Below are positions 13,131 through 28,331 of a stretch of 64,000 nt of DNA, in pieces; position 1 is the first letter of the stretch, and each line of letters begins with the position of its first letter. The stretch is taken from NCBI RefSeq assembly GCF_031769215.1, contig NW_026782097.1, positions 2,604,001 to 2,668,000 on the forward strand, in the 5' to 3' direction. The DNA comes from Ylistrum balloti (taxonomy: Eukaryota). The translations under genes and the position numbers were made by a program. The notes under the pieces are model-generated. The model saw nothing but the letters and a program-made list of their open reading frames with translations. It ran no database searches and was not told where the DNA came from.

Positions 13131-14613
13131 TTCTTTTGAGCAAACTGGGCCAGGTGGTATCATAGTATCTTGTCCTGGTATAAAATGCAGATATTGTAAT
13201 ACGGCGAATATGAAAATTGCTTTATATTCACAAACAAATTATTTTTTTTGAAATCGAAGAAATGGATTGTACTTATACTGTCCTGGAATAGTTGTGATAT
13301 AACTAATCCATTCAGCTTAGCTGGTTTATCTATAGATTTGCAATAGATGTCTGTAGCCACGCAAATAATATATGTTTTTATGAATTCTATATCCTTGTGT
13401 GATAATGTGTAATTATATTTTGAATTGATTTTGTGCACTTGTATATTGACTGTTCCTTACTGTTGGTTCGTTCGTCAGGAAATCATTCTATAGCGTCATC
13501 TTTTAATATTGTAGGCACATTGAGTTCTCTCACGATCACGAAAATGAGTCGGTCTTGTTAGCTTTTGCATTCAAATAGCGTGAAGTGAGCAGCGCTATGT
13601 AAAATTTTGGCAAACATTTTAAAGCTGACGGCCCGAGTTAAAATTTGTCAAATTGAGATTAAAACAAGTTTTGGATTAAGTAACGCTGTAGAAACTAAAA
13701 TATCGGCACTTGCTTAGAAAACAGTGTCGTCCCGCACATCACTCAAGGCAACAATGTCAGTTTTTAACATAACAGAAGAAAACTGTTGTGAAGAGTACAA
13801 AGGAATCCTTGTGAATCACTAGTTTACACTCCTTACTGGCCTCCTTCGTCAACAGAAGCACTCCTGTCAATTTACTATAAAGCTAACCGAAACCGTGACA
13901 TAATGGCGATAGCGTGAGAGGGAGAGAGGGAGGGATAGACCTTGAAGGACCTTGGTCATATTCACTTTTAAAGTATTTTGCAATATATGATATATTATTA
14001 ACTTCTGTTGCAATATAACTTTATATTAAGACTTTTCATTTAAGTTAAAAAGGAGTTTTATTATTTTTCATACATTGTCAATGGTACATTTGTATAAAAT
14101 AAACATTGTTATTATCATTTTTACATGTGAAATAGTTCTGAGAAAGATTCACAAAACATTATTTATATATTTTGCTTTATGTATATCGTATCGAATTTGT
14201 TGGCTAACCTGTACTAGAATTGTACCTTGGTATGTCGTGCAATACAGTTGATTTCTCATAGTCAGTTCTGAGCAAGATATTCCAAAGCATGTCCAGTAAA
14301 AAAAATAACCTTGTCTGATGGATCACGATTTCGACGCAAAAATCACTTTCGACATGGTTGGATTTTTCTTCCCTTTTGTCATGTTAAAAAGTATATAAAT
14401 CAAGGTTCATGAAAAACGAAAATAAATTATGTTGCAATCTATGAAAAGTAAAAACAAAAGTTGATTTTAGGACAGTGAATCATTGTCGTCAGAACGGAAT
14501 TCTGTTCATATTACCATTTAACTATTCAACAATTTATTTCAGAAATCACACATATAATACATGCATGATTAGCTACAAGAGAGTCATAATATGGTCAGGT
14601 GTAGAATACAAAC

Positions 14614-15261
14614 CCTTGACATCCTCGTTGGGCTTGAAGTGGTAAGAGGTCTGCTCTCTGTTGAGAATCTGGAGAACCATAAACACTGCTTCACATTTGA
14701 CAGCGTGGTATATTTGTCGTCGTATATTGCCGTTGATCAGTTTGAGTTTACTGGAAAATGTAGCGATCTGATCTATCATACTGATCTCTGTTGTCAACTT
14801 TTCCAAAATGTCCCGCTGTTTATTTAAGGCTTGCTGGAAAGCAAACCCAAACGATGTAGCGTAGACGAGGCCAGCTGGAGCCAAAAAACAGGCTATGGCG
14901 TCGTTGATATCTGGAGGCGCTTCGTACTCATCTTTTGGCCATAAAAACGCGGTAAACGGTTCATATAGATATAAGGTGAATGGACACAAACCCAACGACA
15001 ACAAAGCGGGAAAAGATATTTTCAACAATTCGGATGGCCTGTTGTATGATGAATGAAGACTTTCTAGCACCTCTAGGTCAAAGTTCGATAGGAATTCACC
15101 GTGGCAGAATTCGTTATCAGTAGACATAGATGTAACACTAATATTGTCATAACCCAATTCCGTTACTTCATTTTCTTTGTCCTCGTCTCTTTTACGATTC
15201 CTTCTTCTGACAGCAAGTAATGAGGTTTTACATCTACTGGAGATCAAAAGTGACAGGAGAC
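14614..15261 (-). CDS. Bestrophin-like paralogue 1, exon with second half of TM1, cytosolic loop, TM2-TM3
   Basis: ctctgttgtAG|GTCTCC ... AAGG|GTTTGT, phase 1/1. Contains WPKDEYEAPPDINDAIACFLAPAGLVYATSFGFAFQ. Confidence 0.85.
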
Positions 15262-15868
15262 CTACAACAGAGGTAAGGACATAACAGATAGTAAATTTAC
15301 TATATATTAACCCTATCCAGTACACGACCATGAGCATAAATAGCTTCTGCAGCATTCTGTATAATAGCTCGATAGTAGAACTTTTTGTTATAATGGTGTA
15401 ATTTCGTATGACAACCTGTTAATATTGATACGAATGTGTTTCAGTTTCTCTTGACTATATAGTAAACACAATCTGAATTTCCCGTTAGAAAAACAATGTA
15501 TATGTAATCTCATTAACAGGTACTCAGCTATCTGTCATGTCTATTGTTTTAAGAATCCTTTTGGTACTAGATCTGCTTGAACCATAATGTAAGAATCCTT
15601 ACGGATATTCTGGATGCATTTTAATGAAGGATACTTCATCATTTTTCACCGAACTTTCAGACAATATCCTCTTTTAAAACGATTCATATAGTACACGGTA
15701 TATCTTACATAACAATCCAATATTACTTGAGTCAGAATGTAAATAAAGAAAAAAGCAAGAAATGTTAACTTACCGAAAATTACAGAAAACTGTTCCATGA
15801 ACTATGCACGGGGATGGAAATTACTTTAAAATGCAGTTGCAAAATTGTTTAAATTACTTTTCACTTAC

Positions 15869-18196
15869 CAATAATCACAAAAATCATCAGTGAAAGAGGT
15901 GGCATTATTATTTCAAGGGCTGAAGGCCTTATTTCCGGCTCCGCCGCTGTTTCCGATTCCGATATTGCCCCTACTTCTGCTTCAGGTGCTGATGTTACTT
16001 CAGCTTCAGGTTCTGATGTTGCCTCTGCTTCAGGTTCTGATGTTACTTCTGTTTCAGGCTCTGATGTTACTTCAGCTTCAGGTTCTGATGTTGCCTCTGC
16101 TTCAGGTTCTGATGTTGCCTCTGTTTCAGGTTCTGATGTTGCTTCAGCTTCAGGTTCTGATGTTGCCTCTGCTTCAGGTTCTGATGTTGCCTCTGCTTCA
16201 GGTTCTGATGTTACTTCAGCTTCAGGTTCTGATGTTGCCTCAGCTTCAGGTTCTGATGTTGCCTCAGCTTCAGGTTCTGATGTTGCCTCTGCTTCAGGTT
16301 CTGATGTTACTTCAGCTTCAGGCTCTGATGTTGCTTTTGCTTCAGGTTCTGATGTTGCCTCTGCTTCAGGTTCTGATGTTACTTCAGCTTCAGGTTCTGA
16401 CGTTACCCCAGTCTCTGGTTCTGATGTTACTTCAGCTTCAGGTTCTGACGTTACCCAAGTCTCTGGTTCTGATGTTACTTCTGCTTCAGGCTCTGATGTT
16501 GCCTCTGCTTCAGGCTCTGATGTTACTTCAGCTTCAGGTTCTGATGTTGCTTCTGCTTCAGGTTCTGATGTTGCCTCAGCTTCAGGTTCTGATGTTACTT
16601 CAGCTTCAGGTTCTGATGTTGCTTCTGCTTCAGGTTCTGATGTTGACTCTGCTTCAGGTTCTGATGTTGCGTCAGCTTCAGGTTCTGATGTTACTTTTGC
16701 TCCAGGTTCTGATGTTGCTTCTGCTTCAGGTTCTGATGTTGCTTCTGCTTCAGGTTCTGATGTTACTTCAGCTTCAGGTTCTGACGTTACCCCAGTCTCT
16801 GGTTCTGATGTTGCCTCTGCTTCAGGTTCTGATGTTACTTCAGCTTCAGGCTCTGATGTTGCTTCTGCTTCAGGTTCTGACGTTACCCCAGTCTCTGGTT
16901 CTGATGTTGCCTCTGCTTCAGGTTCTGATGTTGCTTCTGCTTCAGGTTCTGATGTTGCTTCTGCTTCAGGTTCTGATGTTGCCTCTGCTTCAGGTTCTGA
17001 TGTTGACTCTGCTTCAGGTTCTGATGTTGCGTCAGCTTCAGGTTCTGATGTTGCTTCAGCTTCAGGCTCTGATGTTGCTTCTGCTTCAGGTTCTGATGTT
17101 GCTTCTGCTTCAGGTTCTGATGTTACTTCAGCTTCAGGTTCTGATGTTGCCTCTGCTTCAGGCTCTGATGTTACTTCAGCTTCAGGTTCTGACGTTACCC
17201 CAGTCTCTGGTTCTGATGTTGCCTCTGCTTCAGGTTCTGATGTTGCCTCTGCTTCAGGTTCTGATGTTACTTCAGCTTCTGGTTCTGACGTTACCCCAGT
17301 CTCTGGTTCTGATGTTACTTCAGCTTCAGGTTCTGACGTTACCCAAGTCTCTGGTTCTGATGTTACTTCTGCTTCAGGCTCTGATGTTGCCTCTGCTTCA
17401 GGTTCTGATGTTGCCTCTGCTTCAGGTTCTGATGTTACTTCAGCTTCAGGTTCTGACGTTACCCAAGTCTCTGGTTCTGATGTTACTTCAGCTTCAGGTT
17501 CTGACGTTACCCCAGTCTCTGGTTCTGATGTTACTTCAGCTTCAGGTTCTGACGTTACCCCAGTCTCTGGTTCTGATGTTGCTTCTGCTTCAGGTTCTGA
17601 TGTTGCTTCAGCTTCAGGTTCTGATGTTGCTTCTGCTTCAGGTTCTGATGTTGCTTCAGCTTCAGGTTCTGATGTTGCCTCTGCTTCAGGCTCTAATGTT
17701 GCTTCAGCTTCAGGTTCTGACGTTACCCCAGTCTCTGGTTCTGATGTTGCCTCTGCTTCAGGTTCTGATGTTACTTCAGCTTCAGGTTCTGATGTTGCCT
17801 CTGCTTCAGGTTCTGATGATGCTTCAGCTTCAGGTTCTGATGTTGCCTCTGCTTCAGGCTCTAATGTTACTTCAGCTTCAGGTTCTGACGTTACCCCAGT
17901 CTCTGGTTCTGATGTTGCCTCTGCTTCAGGTTCTGATGTTGCTTCTGCTTCAGGTTCTGATGTTGCCTCTGCTTCAGGTTCTGATGTTGCCTCTGCTTCA
18001 GATTCTGATGTTACTTCAGTTTCAGGTTCTGATGTTGCCTCTGCTTCAGGTTCTGATGTTGTCTCTGATTCAGGTTCTGGTGATGTTTCTGGTTCTGATG
18101 TTGCATCTGTTTCCTCATCTATTATAGCTGTTATCTCTGTCGTAATTATCCTAGAAATAAGTGGAGGCTTTGTAGTAGAGGCAAATAGCATCGACC
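15869..18196 (-). CDS. Bestrophin-like paralogue 1, repeat exon: about 88 TSEPEAE[A/V] units plus first half of TM1
   Basis: ttaattccAG|GGTCGATG ... ATTG|GTAAGT, phase 1/1. Open for about 776 codons; ends in hydrophobic IIMPPLSLMIFVIIG. Confidence 0.85.
15975..18110. repeat. 24-bp coding tandem repeat (paralogue 1)
   Basis: + strand unit gcttcaggttctgatgttgcctct with variants; about 88 units. Confidence 0.97.
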
Positions 18197-19529
18197 CTGG
18201 AATTAAGAATAGATTTTAATTTATCCTACGTATGAAACTGAGGTAGTCCCAAGATGGGATAAAATAACTGTTAATATGATTTCTCAAAACGTATTACGTA
18301 AAAGCTTTAAATTGTATCTCGTTTCCAGAAAACACATAAATGTATGCTGTACTAGGTTTGAAGTTTGGTGCCGCTCCATTGAAATCTTCTAAGGAGCGTT
18401 TCAGTCTGATTGTTAAGTTCTGAAACCTGCTCTTGATCAATTGAACTACTTTGCTTATACGTTCACTTTTGCCAGGAAATGTTCTAGGGGTACAGAAGGC
18501 GAAACTGATCGAAGTCCCCGAGAATCGGGGATGATGTATAGACTGTAAATATTAAATGAGTATTTTTCGTTCATAAAAATATCTATTTCCTTCGTTTATG
18601 TAAAACAGGATGACATTTGTTCTTACTCCATAATGGTGCTCTCGACTTATTCCCATATTTGATAGTAATTCTACTTGAATATTACTTTCTTCACCAATAT
18701 TAAGAATGATCAAAGGAAAACGCTAAGTGTGTTATAGATACTGTAAACTGATCACGTTTTCACAAAATGGCACATTGGCGAATTCGCAGATCTGTTTAAT
18801 TTGCTATATGTTTATATCTAAGAAAGCGGAATACTTTCAGCCAAAAAATGTTGAATTTAGATAATCAGTAAAATATGTACATTGTATTTGGAATGATCAA
18901 CAATCCATACACAACTATCGATATCATCGTTTTGGTTCTGTAGACTCTTGGAAGAAAATGGTTTAGAAGCAATTTCTGGGTCACTATTGTGAACTACATT
19001 GCAGCTGTTTAAAATGCCTTACGCTTGTATAGTATATGCACTATACATATGTAAACCTGTAAAACATCTATTAGGAACCTAAACTTTATACCACACTTAC
19101 TGTTCAGTGAATTACAAAACAGACATCTGGCATCATCTAATTAGGTAACAACATAAAATCCCAATTCCATTGATCAGTGACCAAGACTCATGGTATACTA
19201 GAATTTGATAAGTGTGAGACTATGTGTAACTTAATAATCTAAAACAGGTAGTAAAGTTGTTTGGAACAATTCAATATCATAGTATTATCATAGCATGGTG
19301 TCTTAAACATTGGAATTACATATCAGAAACATTGTTTACTGAGATACGAGGAGACATTGCTCAAGTAAGGTGGTTGCAGTTATTGTATGATAACAGAAGA
19401 ATGTTTGGTACTGTGAGAACTTCGCCTACTGTAATGGTTATTTAGTTTCTTCGTGGCTCTTTAAATATGGATTGAACAACGACATTTTGCAAAAGTCACA
19501 TGCCTTGTTTACTTTCGACATAAACTCAC

Positions 19530-19539
19530 CAAATGACAT
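19530..19539 (-). CDS. Candidate start-codon exon end of paralogue 1 (ATG TCA TTT G|GTGAGT)
   Basis: Strong donor in phase 1, giving MSFGSMLFAST... when joined to 18196; in-frame TGA upstream. The alternative start is the ATG at 18191. Confidence 0.4.
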
Positions 19540-20251
19540 CAGTCTTCGAGTAGTCAGGGAATGGCAGTGTCGAAAAGGCCAATAAATGGCTCACAATTTC
19601 TCCAATATTTCCATTCTACCACACATTTCATATTTAATTCTATGTAATCCAGATGAGAGTATATCAGGCTATGAACGCCCATCAAGCGTATGAATGCACC
19701 TTCGGTGGTCATACGGAGACGTCCAGCAACAAGTAATCTTTATTGCATTCATCTTTATATCATTACTACACAAAGTTGTAGTATATGAGACTTCATACTG
19801 TAAACTACAGTTATTCAGTTGGTGTTGAATTTTAAAAATCTAGACATCTCCTAGGTAAATAGAACAGGCTGCCGGTCATTTTCACTTCAGTATCAATATA
19901 CAGTGTACTGACATATACAAAGTTGTTAGATTTAAATAAGACCTTCACAAAGCTGTCAAATTATAACAGTAGAAAGTAATCATGTTTCCATGTAATTTTG
20001 TCAAAAAATCATTATTATTGCCATAACAACTAGGTTACCAAGTTTGTCAACTTCGTTTACTACAGTAGCCTAGAAGATATCTGACACTCCAAATTACAAA
20101 TGTAGAATCCTTAAAAACAAAATTTCGTCACTTTCTGACAAGCTTGACTTCCACAATCCACTCCACGACACGAAGACGTTAAGAAAAACCGAAGAAACAA
20201 AAACGAAAAATTATGATAATGTTATTGTTCAAAGCATTGCGAGAGTTTACG

Positions 20252-20384
20252 CTTTTATATCAATAGTTAAGTTAAATGTTAAGTTAAATGTGTAGATTTT
20301 GTTCTATTTCATGCAATTGCTATCATAATGACACGAGGAACTGTATTATCACAGCTGTTATTGGGTGTAAACTTGATGACGTCA
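20252..20384 (-). promoter_or_regulatory. Candidate promoter of paralogue 1: CRE (TGACGTCA 20377-20384) and TATAAAAG (20252-20259, minus strand)
   Basis: Consensus motifs in the correct order and orientation upstream of the gene; TSS not demonstrated. Confidence 0.3.
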
Positions 20385-23300
20385 GTATTTGGCTAACCGG
20401 GAATTATCAACGGCGTATTCCTAGTTTTTATTTTGATTTATTATAGATATTTGAGAATTGAAACATAAATATTGAAATGTTACCAGATATATACTAAAGG
20501 TATACTCTTGATATCAAGTTAACCTGTTAACGCCAACTCGGACGGACTGTTCAAGCCCACGCGGACAGACTATTAAATCACCCTTCTATCACATTCATAG
20601 GTTCTCGCTATAACTTGAATACTATTTCATCGATGATTATTAGCTTTATTCTACTGACTAAACGATAGTTATGTTTGATGTGTAGCAGATCAATGATTTC
20701 AGTGTTTTAGTACGATAGTGCGGTTTTATTGTTACGAGTTAAGGTACATGTAAGTATGTGAAAATCACGCTTTGATTTAATTTTGTTTAACGCCAGTGTT
20801 CGTGTTGGTGTAAGATAACTCAATGATCATGCTATTATAATGATCCTACCTTAATTGAATTGTAGTGACGGCAAATTGTTTGAGTAGTGATTGCGCTCTG
20901 ATTAAATTGTATCTACGTCACTTATCATGCCTGATATTCGACTTCTTTTGGTTTCGTTGATGTTAACCTTCTTCTCATTTAGGAACTTGACAATTTCTAC
21001 AATAAGGCACACCTTGTGATCTGATTGTATTTGTTTTTATTTTGTGTTGTAATTTTAGGACCTGCCAATACATATTTCAACTTATTTCTTGAAAAAAATA
21101 ATGTTCGGATGAAAAATTGCAGCTACAGCCCCCTTTCTTCGAACAGTACCTCTTATTCACTGCATATCAGTATATGTCATTGTTTAGAACTGAGAAACTT
21201 GAGCTAATTTTACTACCGAATCAATCGATTTTTTGTTGTAATGTTTACATTTCAGGTTTGCTTAGCCTCGGCGAAAGTAGTAAATCCAAACGGCTCTTTT
21301 CCCTGTTAGGTAAGAAGACCAAGTAATTCGTTCCGGACAAAAGACATAACGGTACATCTTTTTAACATTGCTGTAAACTTTGTAAATGTCCAACGTTCTC
21401 ACACGTAAAACAGCTGTTGAATATGCCATGGAAAAAATGCAGACAATTTGAAAAACGTGATTTGACAAAACAATCAAATTCCAAAATTGATATCATGTCG
21501 ATAATTCCCTAATGTTGATGTCGATGATACAGAATTGCTTCTGTCGCTTCTATCAAATAATGTACTTAAATGTCAGATTTTGTCCTCTTCTCATAGTTAC
21601 ATACGTAATTATTTTGCAATTCATTGACGAATTATCGCTTGGTGCTGATCATCCGTAATATGTGCCAATAATGTACATTGTACCTTTTAACGTTAACGTT
21701 TGAAACAGGTGTTGTGTCTGTTTTCCGCGTATCACTTAATTCAATCTTCAATCTTCATGTCAGCATTTTCGTCCTGTTGTCTATAGACGATGTCAGAATC
21801 CACTCCACTTTTACTGTGTTTTAATTGCAAAATGGGACTTCATATGACCTTCTTGAAGTGTGGTTAAAGCACATTGCAGTTTACTTCATTTGTTCGAGGA
21901 ACTCTAACTTCATTTGTCCATGCAAGCAACAAAATAGCCGATCATTCCTTATATCTTTCAAGGGTCGAGTTATTTAAAGTTTGAGAAAAAAAAAAACATT
22001 TCCACATTTCTTCAGACTGAATGCACATTATGTATATACATAATTTGTGCGAAAATCCGACACTGCTCCGTTATTTGATTAAAACTAATAATAAAAAACA
22101 AAAGTAACTTTTAAATATCGGCTCGTCTTTGTCCATCACAATAGTAATCACAAAGAAATAGAATGAGTAGCGTGCTAAATGAGATCCTTGTTTATGTTTC
22201 AGAACAAGTTTTTTTTTTTTGTTTCCATGTTTGCTGTCTCTTAAGCTATATTTTCAACTTTGAACTCTTTGATCTAGAAAGTGTACAAAAGACACAGAGG
22301 TGAATAGTACATTTCATTGGTAATATAGATTGGATACAGTAAAGTCAAATTATGAATTAAACTGCATCTCATCCTAATAGGATTCGTTATTGATTCTAAA
22401 TGCACACATTGTCGATACAGAGGAGGCAACAGAGGGCAATGTTTGTCAAAATTAATGTCCAAATCCAGAATACTCAGTTCAGTCAAAAGACCGTCAAGTA
22501 CATGTGACAACATTTAGAAGAATTAAGAAGACACAAATGTGAGCTGTGTCTTTCTGATACAAAGACGTACGAAAGACACACTAGCACATTTTCATATAGA
22601 TTTAGAGTTAGATATGGTAGACCCAAACAATGAATTGAACTCCGTCATTCAGTTGTGTAAGTTGTGAAGCCTAGTAGTAGGCGGCTGAGAAAAAAATCGA
22701 AGTAATCGAAAGTAAGGTCTAGAAGACAGGTGCACTAGCTCCATAACTATATGAATTTCGTCATTTTTATACAGCGGATAATTTTCGAATAACGTTAAGT
22801 TCATGTACATATTCTGAAGCGCGCCCCTAATCGAATGAATTAAAACTTGACTTGAAGATTATGGCAAACCTCGGACTTAAAGTCCACAGGCAGTGTTTAC
22901 TACAGTGCAGTATTAATGTAAGATATTCATTTCAATTTCGTGTGTTCGTTTTGAGACTATCCACATTTATTTAGGCTCGTCAGAGACTTGTTTAAAGGAA
23001 GAATCATCAGACTATTTTCATAAATCTATATGAAATTGATATACTTAATATTTCAAAATATAGTTTACGCTTTTCATTCTTTGTATGTTATCTTATAGAT
23101 TGATCTTTACCAAAGTATTGTCGACGGAAAGGATGCCTCTTCCCTATAAATTTTGAAAACCCTTACAAAATGTATCAACATATATTTTTAACGACTATTG
23201 TAACATCTAAAAACGAATAAAATATACGGTACCTTGAGGCTGCAGAATAATCCAGGAGAGGCATATAACAATCCAATGCGACATGGTTCCGATGAAAGGA

Positions 23301-26300
23301 ATGAATAAAAAACACTCATCAGCTGATACACTGTTACTCCATCAAGAGGCATAAACAATATATAAACACACGTAGGCTAATGAGATATGTAGCTGATGAC
23401 ATTTAACGCGGTACTGGTATGATTACAGGTATCGACCGATAGGTAATGACTACCCAGGTAGATGAAGCGACAAGAGTACTGTTCCGTATGGAGTGAACAC
23501 GAGGAGTGAAAGGTGTAATCGAGTCAGCTCAATCTTTTATTATTGCGAAGCTCTAGGTCCATCAGTACAGTATATAAATGCGCATGTCCTATTCTAGTAT
23601 AATCACCAATGTTCAGTATATTCACTTTGGCGATGTTTCAATATTTTCTATGACAACTAAACAGCTGTATTTGTCACAATCTTACTTCCTATATATATTT
23701 GTATTGTTGTACAAAAATATTTTGTATTACTTCTGTTTATAATGAAAACGATAGCGACAGCTTTCCGTTTATAAACATTAGAAGAATGTTAAAATATCAA
23801 CAAAACGGTCATAAGGACAAAACATGCTAATAACTGTAAGATATCAAAGATATCTCGAAAGACGTTCAACGAAATTAAGACCGGAAAAAGTAAGCGTTTT
23901 TCTGCTTAATTGTGGATACGCACCATGTAAATCTAATAAAATCAAAGCAATGTCAAGTATAGACAATGAAAAGCACTGTTATTTTGGGAAGCAAGTGTGT
24001 ACATATCTTAAAAATAAGTTTCACCTATGGTATTGAAATTGGCGGAAAGTTGTACCTTTTAATTGCGTTGTGGGTTAAGGTCGAGGCTCACGTAAAAGAG
24101 TAATGGGTACTAGTGATATCATATCCAATTCTAAAAACATTATAACAAAACGATGGATGATTCTAAATATCATATACCTTATACATTTTCAGCATAACTA
24201 TTTTCAATTACCTCCACATGAATGGTATGTAGTAATAAGTCTTTCATGCAGGCGAAATGGCTTTCCGGAGGTATACAGGGTAAATATATTTTGATAGATC
24301 TCTCATTTTCTACTTTGTTGAGACACTAGACTTTTATAATAGTTTTTATTTTATTTCTTTTCTTACCTTATCTTGGGGGTAATATAGTGTCGTACTTCTA
24401 TTGAAATTTGACTGTTTTTTACTCGCCAATTTTGACAGCATCCTCATCTGCTCTGTCTGTATCGGTCACACTAAATCTTGTGACATTGTAGTTATTGTCT
24501 TGTAGATTTATCAATTTATACAACTCGCTGTCAGCGATAGAGTCCATCTCTATGTGGTCGTTTTCAAGTTATGCTATACGTGTTTAAAATAGTACACATT
24601 TGTTGCTAGTCCGTTACAGGAATCTTATCATAAATCTACGATGAAGTTTCAATATCTATCTAATTCTGGTGATTTTTTAGATCTGTATGTTACAGATCTT
24701 TAAGTTTGGCATTTCGATAAATCTGTATACATCATTAAGCTTCATCATACAGGTATCCATATACATGTATGTAATCAAATGAGTAATTTTTGCATATTTT
24801 TGTCAATGTTATTGTGTTTCCCTGTCTAAAATTGCATTTTTTCATGTGTTATTTGTATCCTTTTGATAATGAACAAAGGAGATAAAAAGTAACATGAAAA
24901 TATTCCATTTAAAAGAAGTGTGTACTTGGCTATCTTAGATTAAACAATGAACTGCGTCAGGCATAACATAGATTGTTGATTAGCAAAAGTTGTTGGCAAC
25001 TTTGTCAACTTACAACAAATAGTTTGTTTTTTTTACACAGGATGATTGAAGGCATTTCAATCCTTGTCTGAAATCAAATTAACGATAACAAGGGCAACAT
25101 TTACCATTTATATAGGAAATAGTATTGGGCGACCACGTTAAGACCAGGTGTTATTATACACAAGGGTGGCACAGAGGGTTTGAACTATAACTGGATTCGT
25201 TAACGTGATATTGAATTCCGACTATATGAACATTTTTTTTTTCTATAAACATTGTTATCATTTTCGAAATTAGGCAAACAGGTAATGTGATGATAAATAC
25301 AACTTAGCATACGCAATGTAAACAATGGTTTTATCAAAACCTTAATTGCATACGGTTTCACGGTTAATATTTTAATAATCAATTCGTTGGTCTTACATAT
25401 ACACATTTTTACGTTAACATTATCATAATTGATATTATCTTTAGTGAATGGAAGGTCAGATACGCATATTGTAAAGTATATAATCAATAAAAAAATATCT
25501 CTCTCGCATATTAAAAGAGTTTTGGTACAGGTATACCGTAGTCGATGACAAAGATTGTTTCGTATGCATAATTGCTTGCCAACAATCCACACGAACAAAA
25601 CAACTGTACTTCAGATTTTTTCTGGATACGAGATGCTATGCCAATGTCACACACATGATACCAATGTTTTCTAGGAGATAATGAAAGTCCAATATATACA
25701 TATTACCATTATTGGAGTGGAGGTGTTCATAAACACACAATGACATACACCTCGGTGTATACCAAGAGTAATATAAGTGTAAAATCTATCATCATACCAG
25801 ATAATAAACACCAATAATATTATGGTGAGATATATTTGTTTACGATATAACCGATATTTTAATGAACTACGTGTATTTTCAGACAACTAAGCATTGGCAG
25901 GGCAAAGAAGCAAAGAGACAACTGATTTAAAACGAAAGACTACGTCTATTAAAAAAAATATATCTTAGCTGAACACCTGAGACGTAATAATGTAGATACA
26001 CAATACAAATCGATATACATTATTAGCATCTTACTTATAATGCTACTGTATATTGGTAATGCTCGACACCAACAATATTTTTATTAACCGAGAACTGTGT
26101 GTTGTTAACGAAGAATGGCCGGATATTCAAGATGGCAACAAGTGGCAATATCAGATTTAACAATTGTGATTTGTGACCCCTATTTCTACAGAACTGCGTT
26201 CGGGATATTTGTGCAACTTGTTTGAAATGATAAGTATAAGCTGAACATGTCGCATTTTGTGGTGTGAAGAAATGCCGAGATCTTGTTCATGCGTTTCTTG

Positions 26301-28331
26301 GTAGTTGCATTATTTAAATGAACCCTGTTCTTCACACACGATTACGTTGTCTATATTCTCTGAAAGGCCACATCCTATACATAAAACGTTGAATCTCATG
26401 GGAGCCAGGATTCTTTAAAGATTAGTTTTCGTTCTCCTATCTCCCTCACCCACCGGAATGCAGCTCTTTTGCTTATAACAAATAATTATAATGCTTTATG
26501 TATATATAAAAATGAGTGTCTGTACACTAAGGCTGGTCACGTGTGGCACAACGTAAGCAAAATACTTTAAAATACAAGTATATATAACTATTCCGTCTGT
26601 ATCTGTTAGAACAAACCTATATATATATATATATGCCTCAGGAAATAAATGTAGTTGTATTCTTAGATACGAAGACAATAAATAAACCCTATCCCACACT
26701 TATATAGAAGTCATTACTAAATTCTTTGTATGATCCCTCTCTGCTATCTGAAGAGAAGTACATTAATTCGTTATACAAAAACCGCCGTGGATGACAAGTG
26801 ATAGTCCGCATCAAATTTGTTAAATAAAAAACCGCTGGAACCAAAATTTGCTACTAAATTTACATAGAAAGACAAATGTGTTTTACCGTAATAACGTTAA
26901 ATCTATCGGTTTAATCTTTGCCACACTGTACGAGAAAAGTTGAATGGTTTACTGGTTTGTTTTCATACTTTATGAAAGCATCAGCATCATTCCATGAAAG
27001 TTCACTTCCCTATATCTGGATCGTCAGGAGTGGGAAATTAAATTAAAAACGTGTTAGTATCAATGAAAAACCGCCCTACAGTTGACAGTGTATAGTTGAT
27101 CTCGGTGTGGAAGTAATGCAGCGTAATACATAGCTAGAACATAATACATTTCCTACCAGGAGGTAAGGTTTAACAACACAATCGCTTCACAAGCAGGCAA
27201 AATCGATACATTTCTGTGGAGAAAACTATTAAAATTATGCAAAAATACTAGTTCTAGGTACATCGAATTACGCATATGTTCTCCCTTTATTTTGTTATTG
27301 ATAACAACAGCGTGTGTCCAACATATAAACGCCTTAGACACGATATGTAAATATATCGATTTTGATACATACAAGGAGCAGTTTATATTCGATTTTTTAG
27401 AAATATTGCTATATTTCAATCATATAAACAACATGATCATTGAAGCCTAAACTGTATATCGAACTTGTTATACTGTAAAAGGCAACTGAAGGGGCAGTGA
27501 AAAGTGAATTTTACATAAAGGTTACTAGACCGGTATATTTGATATCATACAATCATTATGTCAGTACATACATGTATAACGATTCAAATGTCTGAAATTT
27601 CTCTAGTCAAATTAATACCGGGTAACTTCACCTTAAAATTCATTTATCTTACAATTCACTATTCAAATGAAAGTTTCTGTATTACATGTAAACAACTATC
27701 GCATCAATTCATAGTGAAAGTCATCTATCAGAGCCTTCACTAGGCATTGAAAATTCATTCTACCACAATGAAAGTCATGTAACGACATTTCTGAACTATT
27801 TTCCATCTGTGAATTTCGAAATTCGTGCAAATGTCCAATGATTTATTGCATTGTTAAGTAGTGCACTTAGTTAGCCACAGTTTGCTGCATATCTTCGTTT
27901 TTCATAGGAATTTAGAAACATTCAAAACAATATAAAACATGTTTTTTTTCTGTTTCTGGTATACTGAAATTATATATTTACATAGTCTTTTGGGAGTTGA
28001 CGTCTCCTTGACTCGTCCTCTTTATGGGCGGTATCTCACCAACAAACGTCAGTTTTCTGGTGAAGTGCAAATGGAACGCTAAACACATCTCAAAAGAAAA
28101 AAATTATCTCATCTATTAATGTGGTGCAAATGCAACTACTACCCAATCGCTAATCGATGGCCTGCTTTCATAAGCAGTAGTGCATTGGCATGTAAATAAA
28201 TCCTATTTTCGAGTCACTATTCTTGATAGTTATACACAATAAACCACTTGTGTCAATAAGGAACAATACGGTTATATGGCATATAAAATGTTAGCATTGC
28301 GAGGTTCCTACATTTACTTGCAAAGGTTTTC

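Noticed and set aside
15262-15420. N-terminal part of ORF 14573-15355 (MLQKLF...) and a nearby acceptor giving GCHTKLHH...
   Set aside because: Acceptors at 15356 and 15416 are out of phase with the upstream donor or reach a stop; the 15261 acceptor matches the paralogues.
15890-18127. 745-aa Leu/Gln-rich ORF on +
   Set aside because: Antisense shadow of the 24-bp coding repeat, which lacks stops in that frame; no splice links or domain.
24400-24580. Minus-strand 49-codon protein-like stretch (ENDHIEMDSIADSELYKL...KIGE*)
   Set aside because: Bounded by an upstream in-frame stop with no usable acceptor; no recognisable homology.
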